From the sequence record PP526941.1: 64,000 bases of DNA, one strand, 5' to 3'. The notes under the pieces were generated by a model. The model had not been told where the DNA came from and did not search any database. It worked only from the letters and a program-made list of their open reading frames with translations. This DNA comes from Escherichia phage vB_EcoM_ECO78. How positions within the stretch are numbered: position 1 is the stretch's first letter; each line of letters starts with the position of its first letter. A program made the translations under genes and the position numbers. Below, in pieces: positions 26,652 through 35,389 of this stretch.

Positions 26652-26917
26652 TAGTATTTTTCCTCTGGTTGGAACACTGCACGACAAGCCCACATACTGG
26701 CTTCTTTGAGTTTCGTTTTAGCAATAGTTAACTGATCGAGGCTTTCGGCGTAATTCTTCGCGAGTTCATCATCTTCACAGCTATCAAATGCTTCCCAAAA
26801 TTCATCGTATAAAGCATCAAAGATAAGTCCTAAACGAACTTCAGCGTCTTTGATAGCATTCACTTTACCGATTTTTTCGTCGGTATGTGGCTTATAACCT
26901 TTAATATCTTCAATCAT
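26651..26917 (-). CDS. Candidate Acb2-like cyclic-oligonucleotide sponge (vs.4 position), 88 aa
   Basis: Fourth ORF beyond the vs-like gene in a vs.1 to vs.8-like series; SD GAGGAAG before ATG ([11 protein letters not shown]...); assignment by synteny and recall only. Confidence 0.45.
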   Translation of the reverse strand: MIEDIKGYKPHTDEKIGKVNAIKDAEVRLGLIFDALYDEFWEAFDSCEDDELAKNYAESLDQLTIAKTKLKEASMWACRAVFQPEEKY

Positions 26918-27131
26918 ATTTGACTTCCTCACCAGTACCCAAGTCATATTCAACTAAACGAATAGGTTCATGAATGCCATATCCCTGAACAGAAATTTCT
27001 GTAGTAGGATAAATTCCATTAATATCACCCATGTTCCATGCTTCGTTAAATTGCTGTTCGCCTGAATTACTAAACCATTCGGCGAAAGCATTTAGCACAT
27101 CTTCAGAACCTTCAATAATTATCTTTGCCAT
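26910..27131 (-). CDS. Hypothetical acidic protein (73 aa)
   Basis: ORF. Confidence 0.5.
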   Translation of the reverse strand: MAKIIIEGSEDVLNAFAEWFSNSGEQQFNEAWNMGDINGIYPTTEISVQGYGIHEPIRLVEYDLGTGEEVKYD

Positions 27132-27493
27132 TACAAACTCTCGGTAAAGGTACGAGCGATAACGTCGCGCTGCTGTTCCGGAGTCAGAGAGTTAAAGCGA
27201 ACTGCATAACCGGATACACGGATGGTCAGCTGCGGATATTTTTCCGGATGCTTAACTGCATCTTCCAGAGTTTCGCGACGCAGAACGTTAACGTTCAGGT
27301 GTTGACCACCTTCAATTTTAACTGTAGGTTGTGGCTCAATTTCAATTTCACGGGCATGCAAACCGTAGAAAATTTCTGGGTCTACAAAAGAGTCCTCTTT
27401 AAAGGTTTTAGAGACAATAATTCGTGCTTGAATACCATCTTCAAAATAAATAGTACCTTTATGTGTGCCTTCAAGAATTTGATATGCTTTCAT
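27131..27493 (-). CDS. GrcA/YfiD-like autonomous glycyl-radical cofactor protein
   Basis: C-terminal 60 aa [60 protein letters not shown] identical to recalled E. coli GrcA; host-like codons (CTG/CGT/CCG). Confidence 0.85.
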   Translation of the reverse strand: MKAYQILEGTHKGTIYFEDGIQARIIVSKTFKEDSFVDPEIFYGLHAREIEIEPQPTVKIEGGQHLNVNVLRRETLEDAVKHPEKYPQLTIRVSGYAVRFNSLTPEQQRDVIARTFTESL

Positions 27494-27500
27494 ATAAACC

Positions 27501-27830
27501 TCAATTAGAAAATAAATTTATCCAAGATTGTTCTTTAATTAAAAATGGCTCAGAATCATATGCCATTAAACTCTGGGTAATTAATCCTTTAAAAGGTCCA
27601 TCAATAAACTCCATTGTAAAATATGGAATTTTATTCATTAGCCGTGCATTAGGAGCAGTGCACAAAACTCTGCATCCTTTGAATACGCCTTTTTGTAATT
27701 TGTATTGCTTGGGATAAAATTCGCTCAAAATATTATTATTCGCTAAAATTTCAAAATGATTCACCAATTTATTTTTAATAGTTTTTGGCGAAAAATAAAG
27801 ATATTCGAAAAGCTGAGTGTCTGTCATCAT
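27501..27830 (-). CDS. Hypothetical protein (109 aa)
   Basis: ATG overlapping upstream stop (ATGA). Confidence 0.5.
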   Translation of the reverse strand: MMTDTQLFEYLYFSPKTIKNKLVNHFEILANNNILSEFYPKQYKLQKGVFKGCRVLCTAPNARLMNKIPYFTMEFIDGPFKGLITQSLMAYDSEPFLIKEQSWINLFSN

Positions 27831-28366
27831 TGCATTCCGATTACGAAAAACTGTGGACGAGTAATACCACCAATACAACAGTTAATATTACAGCAGTGGT
27901 GTACAGTGTCAATATGGACACTATAAATCTTATCCATATCAGGAGATTTGACAGGCTCATCAATTATATACAAAATTCGCGAAAGCGATAAACCTCTGAA
28001 CTTGCTTCCTTTATTACCTATAAAACTGCGCACAGAATCAGTAAATAAACGAAAACGTATATCATCATTAGAATAACGCGAAAATTCCTTTTTAATGTTA
28101 TTTGCAGAAATTTTAGCGTAAGCTGAAGTATTAGAAAGAACAATAACTGTTCCGCCATCATACAGCCAATTAGCAGCAAAGTTAGTCACAGCAATTGATT
28201 TACCGGATTGACGTCCACCATCTAGTCGAAGTGTGCAATACTGTTTAAGTAAGTCTTCAAATGGCGGGATATATTCGTTTTTACAAATTTCTTCTACTCT
28301 AGCATCAGAATGGTGTGTAAAAGCATTCATCAGGGATAGATAAGGACCAGTTAAAAATGTTCTCAT
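27827..28366 (-). CDS. P-loop protein (179 aa), unknown function
   Basis: Walker A LDGGRQSGKS; C-terminal Cys/His cluster HHCCNINCC. Confidence 0.6.
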   Translation of the reverse strand: MRTFLTGPYLSLMNAFTHHSDARVEEICKNEYIPPFEDLLKQYCTLRLDGGRQSGKSIAVTNFAANWLYDGGTVIVLSNTSAYAKISANNIKKEFSRYSNDDIRFRLFTDSVRSFIGNKGSKFRGLSLSRILYIIDEPVKSPDMDKIYSVHIDTVHHCCNINCCIGGITRPQFFVIGMQ

Positions 28367-28518
28367 TTCTTCTCTCTAAGTTTGGGCCATTCCGTGGCAC
28401 ATGAATTGTCCATTTCTGTATTTACCCATTACCGCGCTTGGGCTCGACCTTATTACAGGTTGGCGGGAATCCCTCATAGAATCATGAGGTCCAGCTTGTT
28501 CCCATATTTCTTATTTGC

Positions 28519-28992
28519 TTATTTGAATGATTTGACGTACTGAATAGAGCCTTTACTATTCACGAAAGCGATTTTACCATTTTTATTATACATGGTAGCA
28601 GTACGCTGATAGCCATAAGTTTGTTTACCAGATTGATAACCAACTAATGCGAAATTATCTTCACCCATTTTATTCTGTTTAGCGCGAATACGTTCATGAC
28701 CGTGTGCCATAAGAACCTTAGCATCACCAGTTGAAATTGATCTACGAGTTTTTTCATCTTCAACTGTATTAACAAAGTCGTCAAATGAATCAAATTTAGC
28801 ATGGGATTTATTATACAGTTTTCCATCTACTGCATAATTATATCCCTGTACATCCATCTCAACTTCTGTACCATCATCCAATACAGCAGTGATTTTTTGA
28901 CCTTTTTTAAATTTCAAAAGATCAGTAAAAGATTCAGCAATAATTTGAGAATTAATAGCTGCTTCAGTGATAAATTCTTGATATGTTTTCAT
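28519..28992 (-). CDS. Internal-protein-like (capsid targeting sequence) protein, 157 aa
   Basis: N-terminal CTS MKTYQEFITEA typical of T4 internal proteins; SD AAGGAAA. Confidence 0.65.
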   Translation of the reverse strand: MKTYQEFITEAAINSQIIAESFTDLLKFKKGQKITAVLDDGTEVEMDVQGYNYAVDGKLYNKSHAKFDSFDDFVNTVEDEKTRRSISTGDAKVLMAHGHERIRAKQNKMGEDNFALVGYQSGKQTYGYQRTATMYNKNGKIAFVNSKGSIQYVKSFK

Positions 28993-29001
28993 ATGTTTCC
29001 T

Positions 29002-29418
29002 TTAAATGTAAATATTTTTGCCGTAATACTTGTACCAGTGTGGCTTCATTAAAATTTTTTCATCGAGTCGTTGTTGACTCAATTTAATAGCTGATTTGCA
29101 TGGATTATAATCATTTTTCCATTCTGCTGGAATATCGCTGATGTCAGGAACTTCAGTATCTTTTATACTAAACCCACGTTTTAAGCATTCCGTTATAATG
29201 TCTGATTGACGCTTTCGCAAAAATTCTAACTTATCGTAAAAGAACGTAACATGACCAGAGCCTAAAATAAACTCGGAAGATATTTTAAAATCTTTAACCC
29301 GCTTACCATTTGCCACATGTTTACGAACTATACCAAAAACACGCGGCAATTCACGATACTCAGCCATAAGATGTTGGTCGGTCAGTTCAGAAACAAGTGT
29401 TAAATTGATACGAGTCAT
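29002..29418 (-). CDS. denV: Endonuclease V (pyrimidine dimer DNA glycosylase)
   Basis: 138 aa from ATG with SD GGAGGA ([12 protein letters not shown]...); matches T4 DenV by recall with a few substitutions. Confidence 0.9.
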   Translation of the reverse strand: MTRINLTLVSELTDQHLMAEYRELPRVFGIVRKHVANGKRVKDFKISSEFILGSGHVTFFYDKLEFLRKRQSDIITECLKRGFSIKDTEVPDISDIPAEWKNDYNPCKSAIKLSQQRLDEKILMKPHWYKYYGKNIYI

Positions 29419-29445
29419 AATTTCCTCCAAGTAGTTGATGAATGT

Positions 29446-29475
29446 ATAGTATCAAAGTCCTTGGAGGAAGTAAAC
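29446..29475 (-). promoter_or_regulatory. Early promoter upstream of denV
   Basis: Minus strand GTTTAC - 18 nt - TACTAT with conserved downstream block. Confidence 0.65.
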
Positions 29476-29476
29476 A

Positions 29477-30279
<803 letters not shown>

Positions 30280-30720
30280 TTAAAAGAGGCTGTTCATTAT
30301 TCGGTAAAGTGAAGGACCCATCACATATTGCCATTGAGTACGAGGAATAAGAGCAAAAGCGTCCATCTCTGGAATCATAATACCATCTTTATTTTCAAAA
30401 TAAGACTCGCAACGGCAATTTCTGAACATCTCATGCTCTACTGGAATCGTATAATAAAATAACTGTAAGTCTTTATTACTAGAATATTTAAATACACCTA
30501 GGTCTTCTAGAAGGTCTGGATTATAATTGCTAAAACCAGTCTCTTCTAAACATTCTCTTCGTGCTGCATCTAGTGTGTTTAAATCAGAATTTTCTACACG
30601 GCCCTTTGGAATATCCCAACGATGTGCCATCATTCCAGGCTTACGAGAACCAGTAACCCGACCCATAAATAAATCTTTATCTTCTGTCATAAAGATAATA
30701 CCAGCTGATAATGTTTTCAT
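30280..30720 (-). CDS. nudE: Nudix hydrolase
   Basis: Nudix box GRVENSDLNTLDAARRECLEETGF; SD AGGAAA before ATG (MKTLSAGIIF...). Confidence 0.8.
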   Translation of the reverse strand: MKTLSAGIIFMTEDKDLFMGRVTGSRKPGMMAHRWDIPKGRVENSDLNTLDAARRECLEETGFSNYNPDLLEDLGVFKYSSNKDLQLFYYTIPVEHEMFRNCRCESYFENKDGIMIPEMDAFALIPRTQWQYVMGPSLYRIMNSLF

Positions 30721-31205
30721 TTTAATTTCCTGCATTCAGTGATAAAGTTATTTAAATTTTGAGTATATTTCTTTTCATCAAAAATCTTTTGTTGTCTACG
30801 TAAACGCCATGGCATTTCAATGAACACGCACCATATTCCTGATAATATTGCTGCAGTAAAAATATTAACAAATATAGTACAAAGAGCCCAATCTCCTATT
30901 CTGTCCATTGGATTTTTTCCAAAGAAGTAAAATACGAATGATGACACAGGAAGACTGATAATATACCACAGAAGCATATTCTTGTCTGTAAACCAATCAG
31001 CGTTCGTTAACTTAGCGCGACCATTATGAATACACACGAATTTATCATCTGTTACAGTAGATGGCTTAACTGGTTGATATCCCATTCTAAACTCCCTAAT
31101 CAACAAATTTTTCATATCTTCGGAACAGCCATTCCAGTCAACTCTATCAACTGAAATGCCATCATCCCCATCATCTAAATCATACCAGCGAGTTTTTAAA
31201 ATCAT
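30717..31205 (-). CDS. Membrane protein (162 aa)
   Basis: Hydrophobic segments LLWYIISLPVSSFVFYFF and ILSGIWCVFI. Confidence 0.55.
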   Translation of the reverse strand: MILKTRWYDLDDGDDGISVDRVDWNGCSEDMKNLLIREFRMGYQPVKPSTVTDDKFVCIHNGRAKLTNADWFTDKNMLLWYIISLPVSSFVFYFFGKNPMDRIGDWALCTIFVNIFTAAILSGIWCVFIEMPWRLRRQQKIFDEKKYTQNLNNFITECRKLK

Positions 31206-31564
31206 CTAATTTTCCTGCAATCACTCACAAACTCTTTCATTGATTCATTTTCAATATAAGACATGTAGCTGTTATATTCTTTTAATTGTATTTTGTAATC
31301 CTTTTTTCTTTGCCAATTTATTTTAAAATTATCATAATGAAAATATAACATGATACCAAAGAATGAAAATGATGAAATCGCTATAGTATAATGAAGTTCA
31401 CTCCAAACTTCTATTATATTTACTGTGCCGTCGATATTTAAAATAAGACAGTCAATTAACAATCCAATAAGACTACCCGCAAGAGCTGCAGCCAACGCCA
31501 CAGCAAAAATTAAAAATGACTCAGGAAGCGAATATTTGACTTTATTTAGTTTTGGCTTTTGCAT
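31202..31564 (-). CDS. Membrane protein (120 aa)
   Basis: Two hydrophobic helices. Confidence 0.55.
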   Translation of the reverse strand: MQKPKLNKVKYSLPESFLIFAVALAAALAGSLIGLLIDCLILNIDGTVNIIEVWSELHYTIAISSFSFFGIMLYFHYDNFKINWQRKKDYKIQLKEYNSYMSYIENESMKEFVSDCRKIR

Positions 31565-31938
31565 CGTGATTCCTTAACAAATTTCATAATTTCATCAAAT
31601 TCATACGCAGCAAGTTTAAGCTGGTGTTCCTTTTTAATCTTTTTACACTGTGCTTTCCAATCACGTATGCGTTTACGATAATGTCTTCCTTGATACCAGT
31701 ATCCTACCCAATTTACAGGTACTAATAAAAATGGAACTATTAATGGAAGAATTAGCATTAACACAAGTATTTCGCCAGAATCAATATCAGTCATAACATC
31801 TAAAACACCTCCAATAATCAGTAGAATTACAAATGATATGAGTATAACAGGACCTATTAATACATCAGTAGAAATTATCTGGCGCTTTAATTCATACTTT
31901 AAGGGTTTACTTGGAAGATACATTGATGGCTTTGACAT
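31546..31938 (-). CDS. Membrane protein (about 130 aa)
   Basis: SD AAGGAA before internal ATG (MSKPSMYLP...); two TM segments. Confidence 0.5.
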   Translation of the reverse strand: MSKPSMYLPSKPLKYELKRQIISTDVLIGPVILISFVILLIIGGVLDVMTDIDSGEILVLMLILPLIVPFLLVPVNWVGYWYQGRHYRKRIRDWKAQCKKIKKEHQLKLAAYEFDEIMKFVKESRCKSQN

Positions 31939-32515
31939 ATTCTCTACATTCCTTAACAAATTTTTCTAGTAATAAATCGCTTTCAAAATTAGGATTTTCC
32001 ACGAATTTATCAAAAAGATCATCAACAATAGTTAAGATATTCTTTTTACTAAGAATACGCTTATTTTCATGCTTTGTTTCAGAATCAACTATAAGAGTAA
32101 AGAAATATTTCTTTCCCTGAAATTTTACCGTAGTATCAATATAAAATAAATTTGACTTTTGTAAATTACGTTTAAACCATGCGTCACTTAAACTATAAAT
32201 GCCAAGATAATCATAATCGTCATTTAAATAACAAACTGTCCATTCAGGAGAAATGAAATCAGTAAATTCAACATCAAAATCACATGTCAATGAATGAATT
32301 GATTCAATACTTTTAATGAGTATTCCAGGACGTATTAAAGACTTTTTACCTCTACAAAATCTTCCAGAAAGGCTTTCATCAGTTTCATATGAAGACCCCC
32401 AATAGTAATTACGTCCTTCTGCCATGCGTTTAAGAGCATTTAGTAATTGGTCTGGAACATCAACCTGTCTTTGGAACTCTTCAAACATTGAATTGAAATC
32501 ACTTTGCATTTTCAT
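31907..32515 (-). CDS. Hypothetical protein (202 aa)
   Basis: ORF. Confidence 0.55.
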   Translation of the reverse strand: MKMQSDFNSMFEEFQRQVDVPDQLLNALKRMAEGRNYYWGSSYETDESLSGRFCRGKKSLIRPGILIKSIESIHSLTCDFDVEFTDFISPEWTVCYLNDDYDYLGIYSLSDAWFKRNLQKSNLFYIDTTVKFQGKKYFFTLIVDSETKHENKRILSKKNILTIVDDLFDKFVENPNFESDLLLEKFVKECREYVKAINVSSK

Positions 32516-32536
32516 TCCTATTTACTCCAAGTAATA

Positions 32537-32550
32537 GGGGCCGAAGCCCC
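32537..32550 (-). terminator. Stem-loop GGGGC-UUCG-GCCCC (RNA hairpin, possible terminator or processing site)
   Basis: 5-bp GC stem with UUCG loop between two genes; no clear U-tail. Confidence 0.4.
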
Positions 32551-32556
32551 TTATCA

Positions 32557-33150
32557 TTATTTCAGAGAATTAATGTATTCCTGAACATCGGCAGAGGTGG
32601 TTTCAACCCCAGAAATATTACCGTTAAAGGTTTCAACTCGAGCGAGAGTATCTTCAATATCAACCTTAGTCAGTGCTGCAATTTCAACTACATCATCAGC
32701 AGTACTAATTCCAAGGGCATTTGCTGCACGAGTTTCACGGATATATTCCAATTTAACTGCAAGTTCTTGACGAGCATCATCTAACTCAACTACTTTCTTG
32801 GCGATTTCAATTCGCATTTCAGCATAACCATCAGCTTTAGTAGTCAACTGCTCAGCTGTTCGACGATATAGTAAACCGAGTTTAGCATGCATTGTTACAT
32901 CTTGACCTTCAAAAAGAAGCTTGCGAATTTCACGCTCTTTTGATTCGGCCTGCTTATTCTTTTCGACAATAAGTTCACGAATACGTTTTTCTTCATTAAT
33001 AGATTTAACAGAAGCAGTTTTTAGGTCTTTAATTTTATCAAGTAGTTTTGCTGCTGCAGCAGTATACTGTTCTTCAACAGATAGATTTTTAGCCATAGCA
33101 GAACCAAGTTTAGTGCGAATAAACTCAACAATTTTCTTCAGTGTGTTCAT
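32557..33150 (-). CDS. Coiled-coil protein (197 aa), possibly PspA/IM30-like
   Basis: Mostly helical, heptad-rich sequence; family assignment is by impression only. Confidence 0.55.
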   Translation of the reverse strand: MNTLKKIVEFIRTKLGSAMAKNLSVEEQYTAAAAKLLDKIKDLKTASVKSINEEKRIRELIVEKNKQAESKEREIRKLLFEGQDVTMHAKLGLLYRRTAEQLTTKADGYAEMRIEIAKKVVELDDARQELAVKLEYIRETRAANALGISTADDVVEIAALTKVDIEDTLARVETFNGNISGVETTSADVQEYINSLK

Positions 33151-33222
33151 AGTATTTCCTTAGGTTGATTAAGATTTAAAATCCGTGGAAGAATTATATC
33201 ATGTTATCTGAGTGATGTAAAC

Positions 33223-33558
33223 TTATTCTTCGTCTAGCTCATCGATAAAACCGTCGATGGCCTCGATAACTGCATCATTGATAGCCAATAAAGTAAAATC
33301 ATCGTCAGTGCCTTTAGAAAATTCTAAAGCATTGATATATGCTTGATTAGCAAGTTCCCAAGCCTTTTTAAAATAAGGAGCTTCATCATCAGGGCCAACG
33401 AAACGTACACCTTCAAAGATACGGTTAGCATAATCCAATACCCACTGTACAGGCATATTTTGAGAACGTTCGTTAAACTCTTTAAAGTCCTTAGATTCAA
33501 AAAGCTCTTCGGGATAATTATTTCTATTACAAAAAGCTTTACTAAAGTTACGTTTCAT
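33223..33558 (-). CDS. Hypothetical acidic protein (111 aa)
   Basis: ORF. Confidence 0.55.
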   Translation of the reverse strand: MKRNFSKAFCNRNNYPEELFESKDFKEFNERSQNMPVQWVLDYANRIFEGVRFVGPDDEAPYFKKAWELANQAYINALEFSKGTDDDFTLLAINDAVIEAIDGFIDELDEE

Positions 33559-33611
33559 ATTGTTCTCCTCAAGTTGGGCTCATAATATCTCAATCATGAG
33601 CCCATGTAAAC

Positions 33612-33875
33612 TTATTTCATATTATTGAAATATTCTTCTGCGATTTCGTCGTTATCATGGTAAACTTTAGAAGACAGTTTAACATAACCTTCAGCAGCGA
33701 ACATGTTAATCACAACCTTTACAGTATACCACTGACCGTCTTCATTACCCATTACTGCATAGGTTTCAAACATCGGATGGTCAGGACCGATAACTTTAAT
33801 ATCATTCACCGTACGACCAAAATCTTCTGAAACACATTTCATAAAGAAGTTGAACAGTTCGCCGTAATTATCCAT
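33612..33875 (-). CDS. Hypothetical protein (87 aa)
   Basis: SD GGAGAAT before ATG (MDNYGELF...); track ORF begins at TTG. Confidence 0.55.
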   Translation of the reverse strand: MDNYGELFNFFMKCVSEDFGRTVNDIKVIGPDHPMFETYAVMGNEDGQWYTVKVVINMFAAEGYVKLSSKVYHDNDEIAEEYFNNMK

Positions 33876-33918
33876 TTTATTCTCCAAGTTGTTTTCTGTA
33901 TCAGTAGTTGATAGTTGT

Positions 33919-33948
33919 ATAGTACCATGGAAGAACAGGGATGTAAAC
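33919..33948 (-). promoter_or_regulatory. Early promoter with conserved block
   Basis: Minus strand GTTTAC - 18 nt - TACTAT, then ACAACTATCAAC. Confidence 0.65.
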
Positions 33949-34082
33949 CGTTTTGTGAAAAAAATTTTTAAAAAGTTTTAGGGAATTCTAGGGTCAGGAG
34001 GGGCAATTAAAAGATAGGATAATATATTATAAAGGGTAGAAACTAAATGATGCCTAGAGAGGTCCAGAAAGGCCTAGATACC

Positions 34083-34107
34083 AAAAAGCCCTATCATTTA
34101 GATAGGG
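34083..34107 (-). terminator. Rho-independent terminator after 187-aa IP gene
   Basis: CCCTATC/GATAGGG 7-bp stem followed by CUUUUUGG on minus transcript. Confidence 0.6.
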
Positions 34108-34115
34108 ATTTAAGA

Positions 34116-34679
34116 TTATTTGCTTAGTTTAGTTATTATAGCTTCGGCAGCAGCTTTTAGCTTAGATGCGGTGTTAATACGATTTTTAATTTCAGTATAC
34201 GCATCGCCAAGAACATCAAGGCTATCGGAATAAACACTTACACTATTGCGTTCGCTATTTGAAATAGAACCTTTAGTTTTACGATCAAAATCAGTGTACA
34301 CGTCTTGAAGATCACGGGCTGCCTTCTTTGCATCATCCAATGCATCAAGAGCTTTATTCAAAGCATTAACATATTTTTTAGTATCGAACATATTCTTAGA
34401 AATTTTAACAGGTGCACGTTCAGGAGTAGCTAAGGCAGATTTAGGAACCTGAGCGCCTGATGCTAATTTCTTAGAAATTTTGAAAAATGCTTTATTGAAT
34501 TTATTTTCTTGACTCATCGTAAAAGAACTATTATCAATGTTATACATTTCAATAGCTTTAGCTTTCCACTTAAGAAAATCGCCACGGTCTTTTGGGTCTA
34601 ATTGGAAGAATACTTTAGTAAGATCTGCTTCAGATGGTAATTTTGCTGCTTCGGTTAAAAATTCGGCGTAGGTTTTCAT
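34116..34679 (-). CDS. Internal-protein-like protein (CTS), 187 aa
   Basis: CTS MKTYAEFLTEAA; own SD and terminator. Confidence 0.7.
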   Translation of the reverse strand: MKTYAEFLTEAAKLPSEADLTKVFFQLDPKDRGDFLKWKAKAIEMYNIDNSSFTMSQENKFNKAFFKISKKLASGAQVPKSALATPERAPVKISKNMFDTKKYVNALNKALDALDDAKKAARDLQDVYTDFDRKTKGSISNSERNSVSVYSDSLDVLGDAYTEIKNRINTASKLKAAAEAIITKLSK

Positions 34680-34762
34680 TTAAAATCCTTGAAATAATTT
34701 ATTGGTTATTAATTATTTATCACGTTGTTATATGTAACAGTATTATCCGAGCGATTCAAACT

Positions 34763-34790
34763 AAAAAGCCCCAACCTTTCGGCTGAGGCT
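34763..34790 (-). terminator. Rho-independent terminator (repeat copy 1)
   Basis: GCCUCAGCC-GAAA-GGUUGGGGC + U5 on minus transcript; near-identical to copy at 35317-35345. Confidence 0.6.
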
Positions 34791-34797
34791 AAGAATG

Positions 34798-35271
34798 TTA
34801 TTTGATTTGTTTAGCAGACCAAATGCGGTCTTTAATAATTTTTTGGATGTCTTCAACATATTCAAGAGAGTGAACATGTGGGTTATCTTTGAAACTATAA
34901 GCACGAGCTAACTTTTGGCCTTCGGTTTTGATTACTAAAAGCTCTTTAAGGATAGCTTCATATTTAGCGATAATGCCTTTAACAATATTTTTTTCTTGTG
35001 CAGCTTTAGGATCTGCTTTAGGAGCAGGTTTACCCGAAGCCTTTGCAAAAGCAGCTCCAGTAGCAACTAAACTTTTCCAAGCCATACTAACTGCATTCCC
35101 TGTAAATCCTTCTGCTTTCATATCGCGAGCAAATTGGAATCGTGATTCATCGGAAGCATCTTTATAGGAATATTTACCCGCGGCAATGGCAGCTTTTGCA
35201 ACAGCTTGAATTTCGGTGCTAGATGCTTCATTTAACACCGCTTCATTTAAAAATTGAGCATATGATTTCAT
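34798..35271 (-). CDS. Internal-protein-like protein (CTS), 157 aa
   Basis: CTS MKSYAQFLNEA; Ala/Lys-rich; late promoter upstream. Confidence 0.7.
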   Translation of the reverse strand: MKSYAQFLNEAVLNEASSTEIQAVAKAAIAAGKYSYKDASDESRFQFARDMKAEGFTGNAVSMAWKSLVATGAAFAKASGKPAPKADPKAAQEKNIVKGIIAKYEAILKELLVIKTEGQKLARAYSFKDNPHVHSLEYVEDIQKIIKDRIWSAKQIK

Positions 35272-35307
35272 CTTATTTCCTGTTTTAATTCGTGGTTTTA
35301 ATATACT

Positions 35308-35315
35308 TATTTATA
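35308..35315 (-). promoter_or_regulatory. Late promoter TATAAATA
   Basis: Exact TATAAATA on minus strand about 37 nt upstream of IP gene ATG. Confidence 0.5.
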
Positions 35316-35316
35316 C

Positions 35317-35345
35317 TAAAAAGCCCCAACCTTTCGGCTGGGGCT
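35317..35345 (-). terminator. Rho-independent terminator (repeat copy 2)
   Basis: GCCCCAGCC-GAAA-GGUUGGGGC + U5 on minus transcript, downstream of the structured RNA region. Confidence 0.6.
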
Positions 35346-35389
35346 AAGCCTTGCGGCAACCTTGTCGGGGTTCCACCTGCTAAGGCAAG

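Noticed and set aside
27125-27508. Plus-strand ORF (127 aa) over the GrcA-like gene
   Set aside because: Antisense to a gene whose product matches a known protein family; composition-driven shadow ORF.
33960-34082. Possible small RNA or 26-aa plus-strand ORF in the spacer upstream of the 187-aa IP gene terminator
   Set aside because: The imperfect inverted repeats are explained by the adjacent terminator and promoter; the ORF is too short with no SD.
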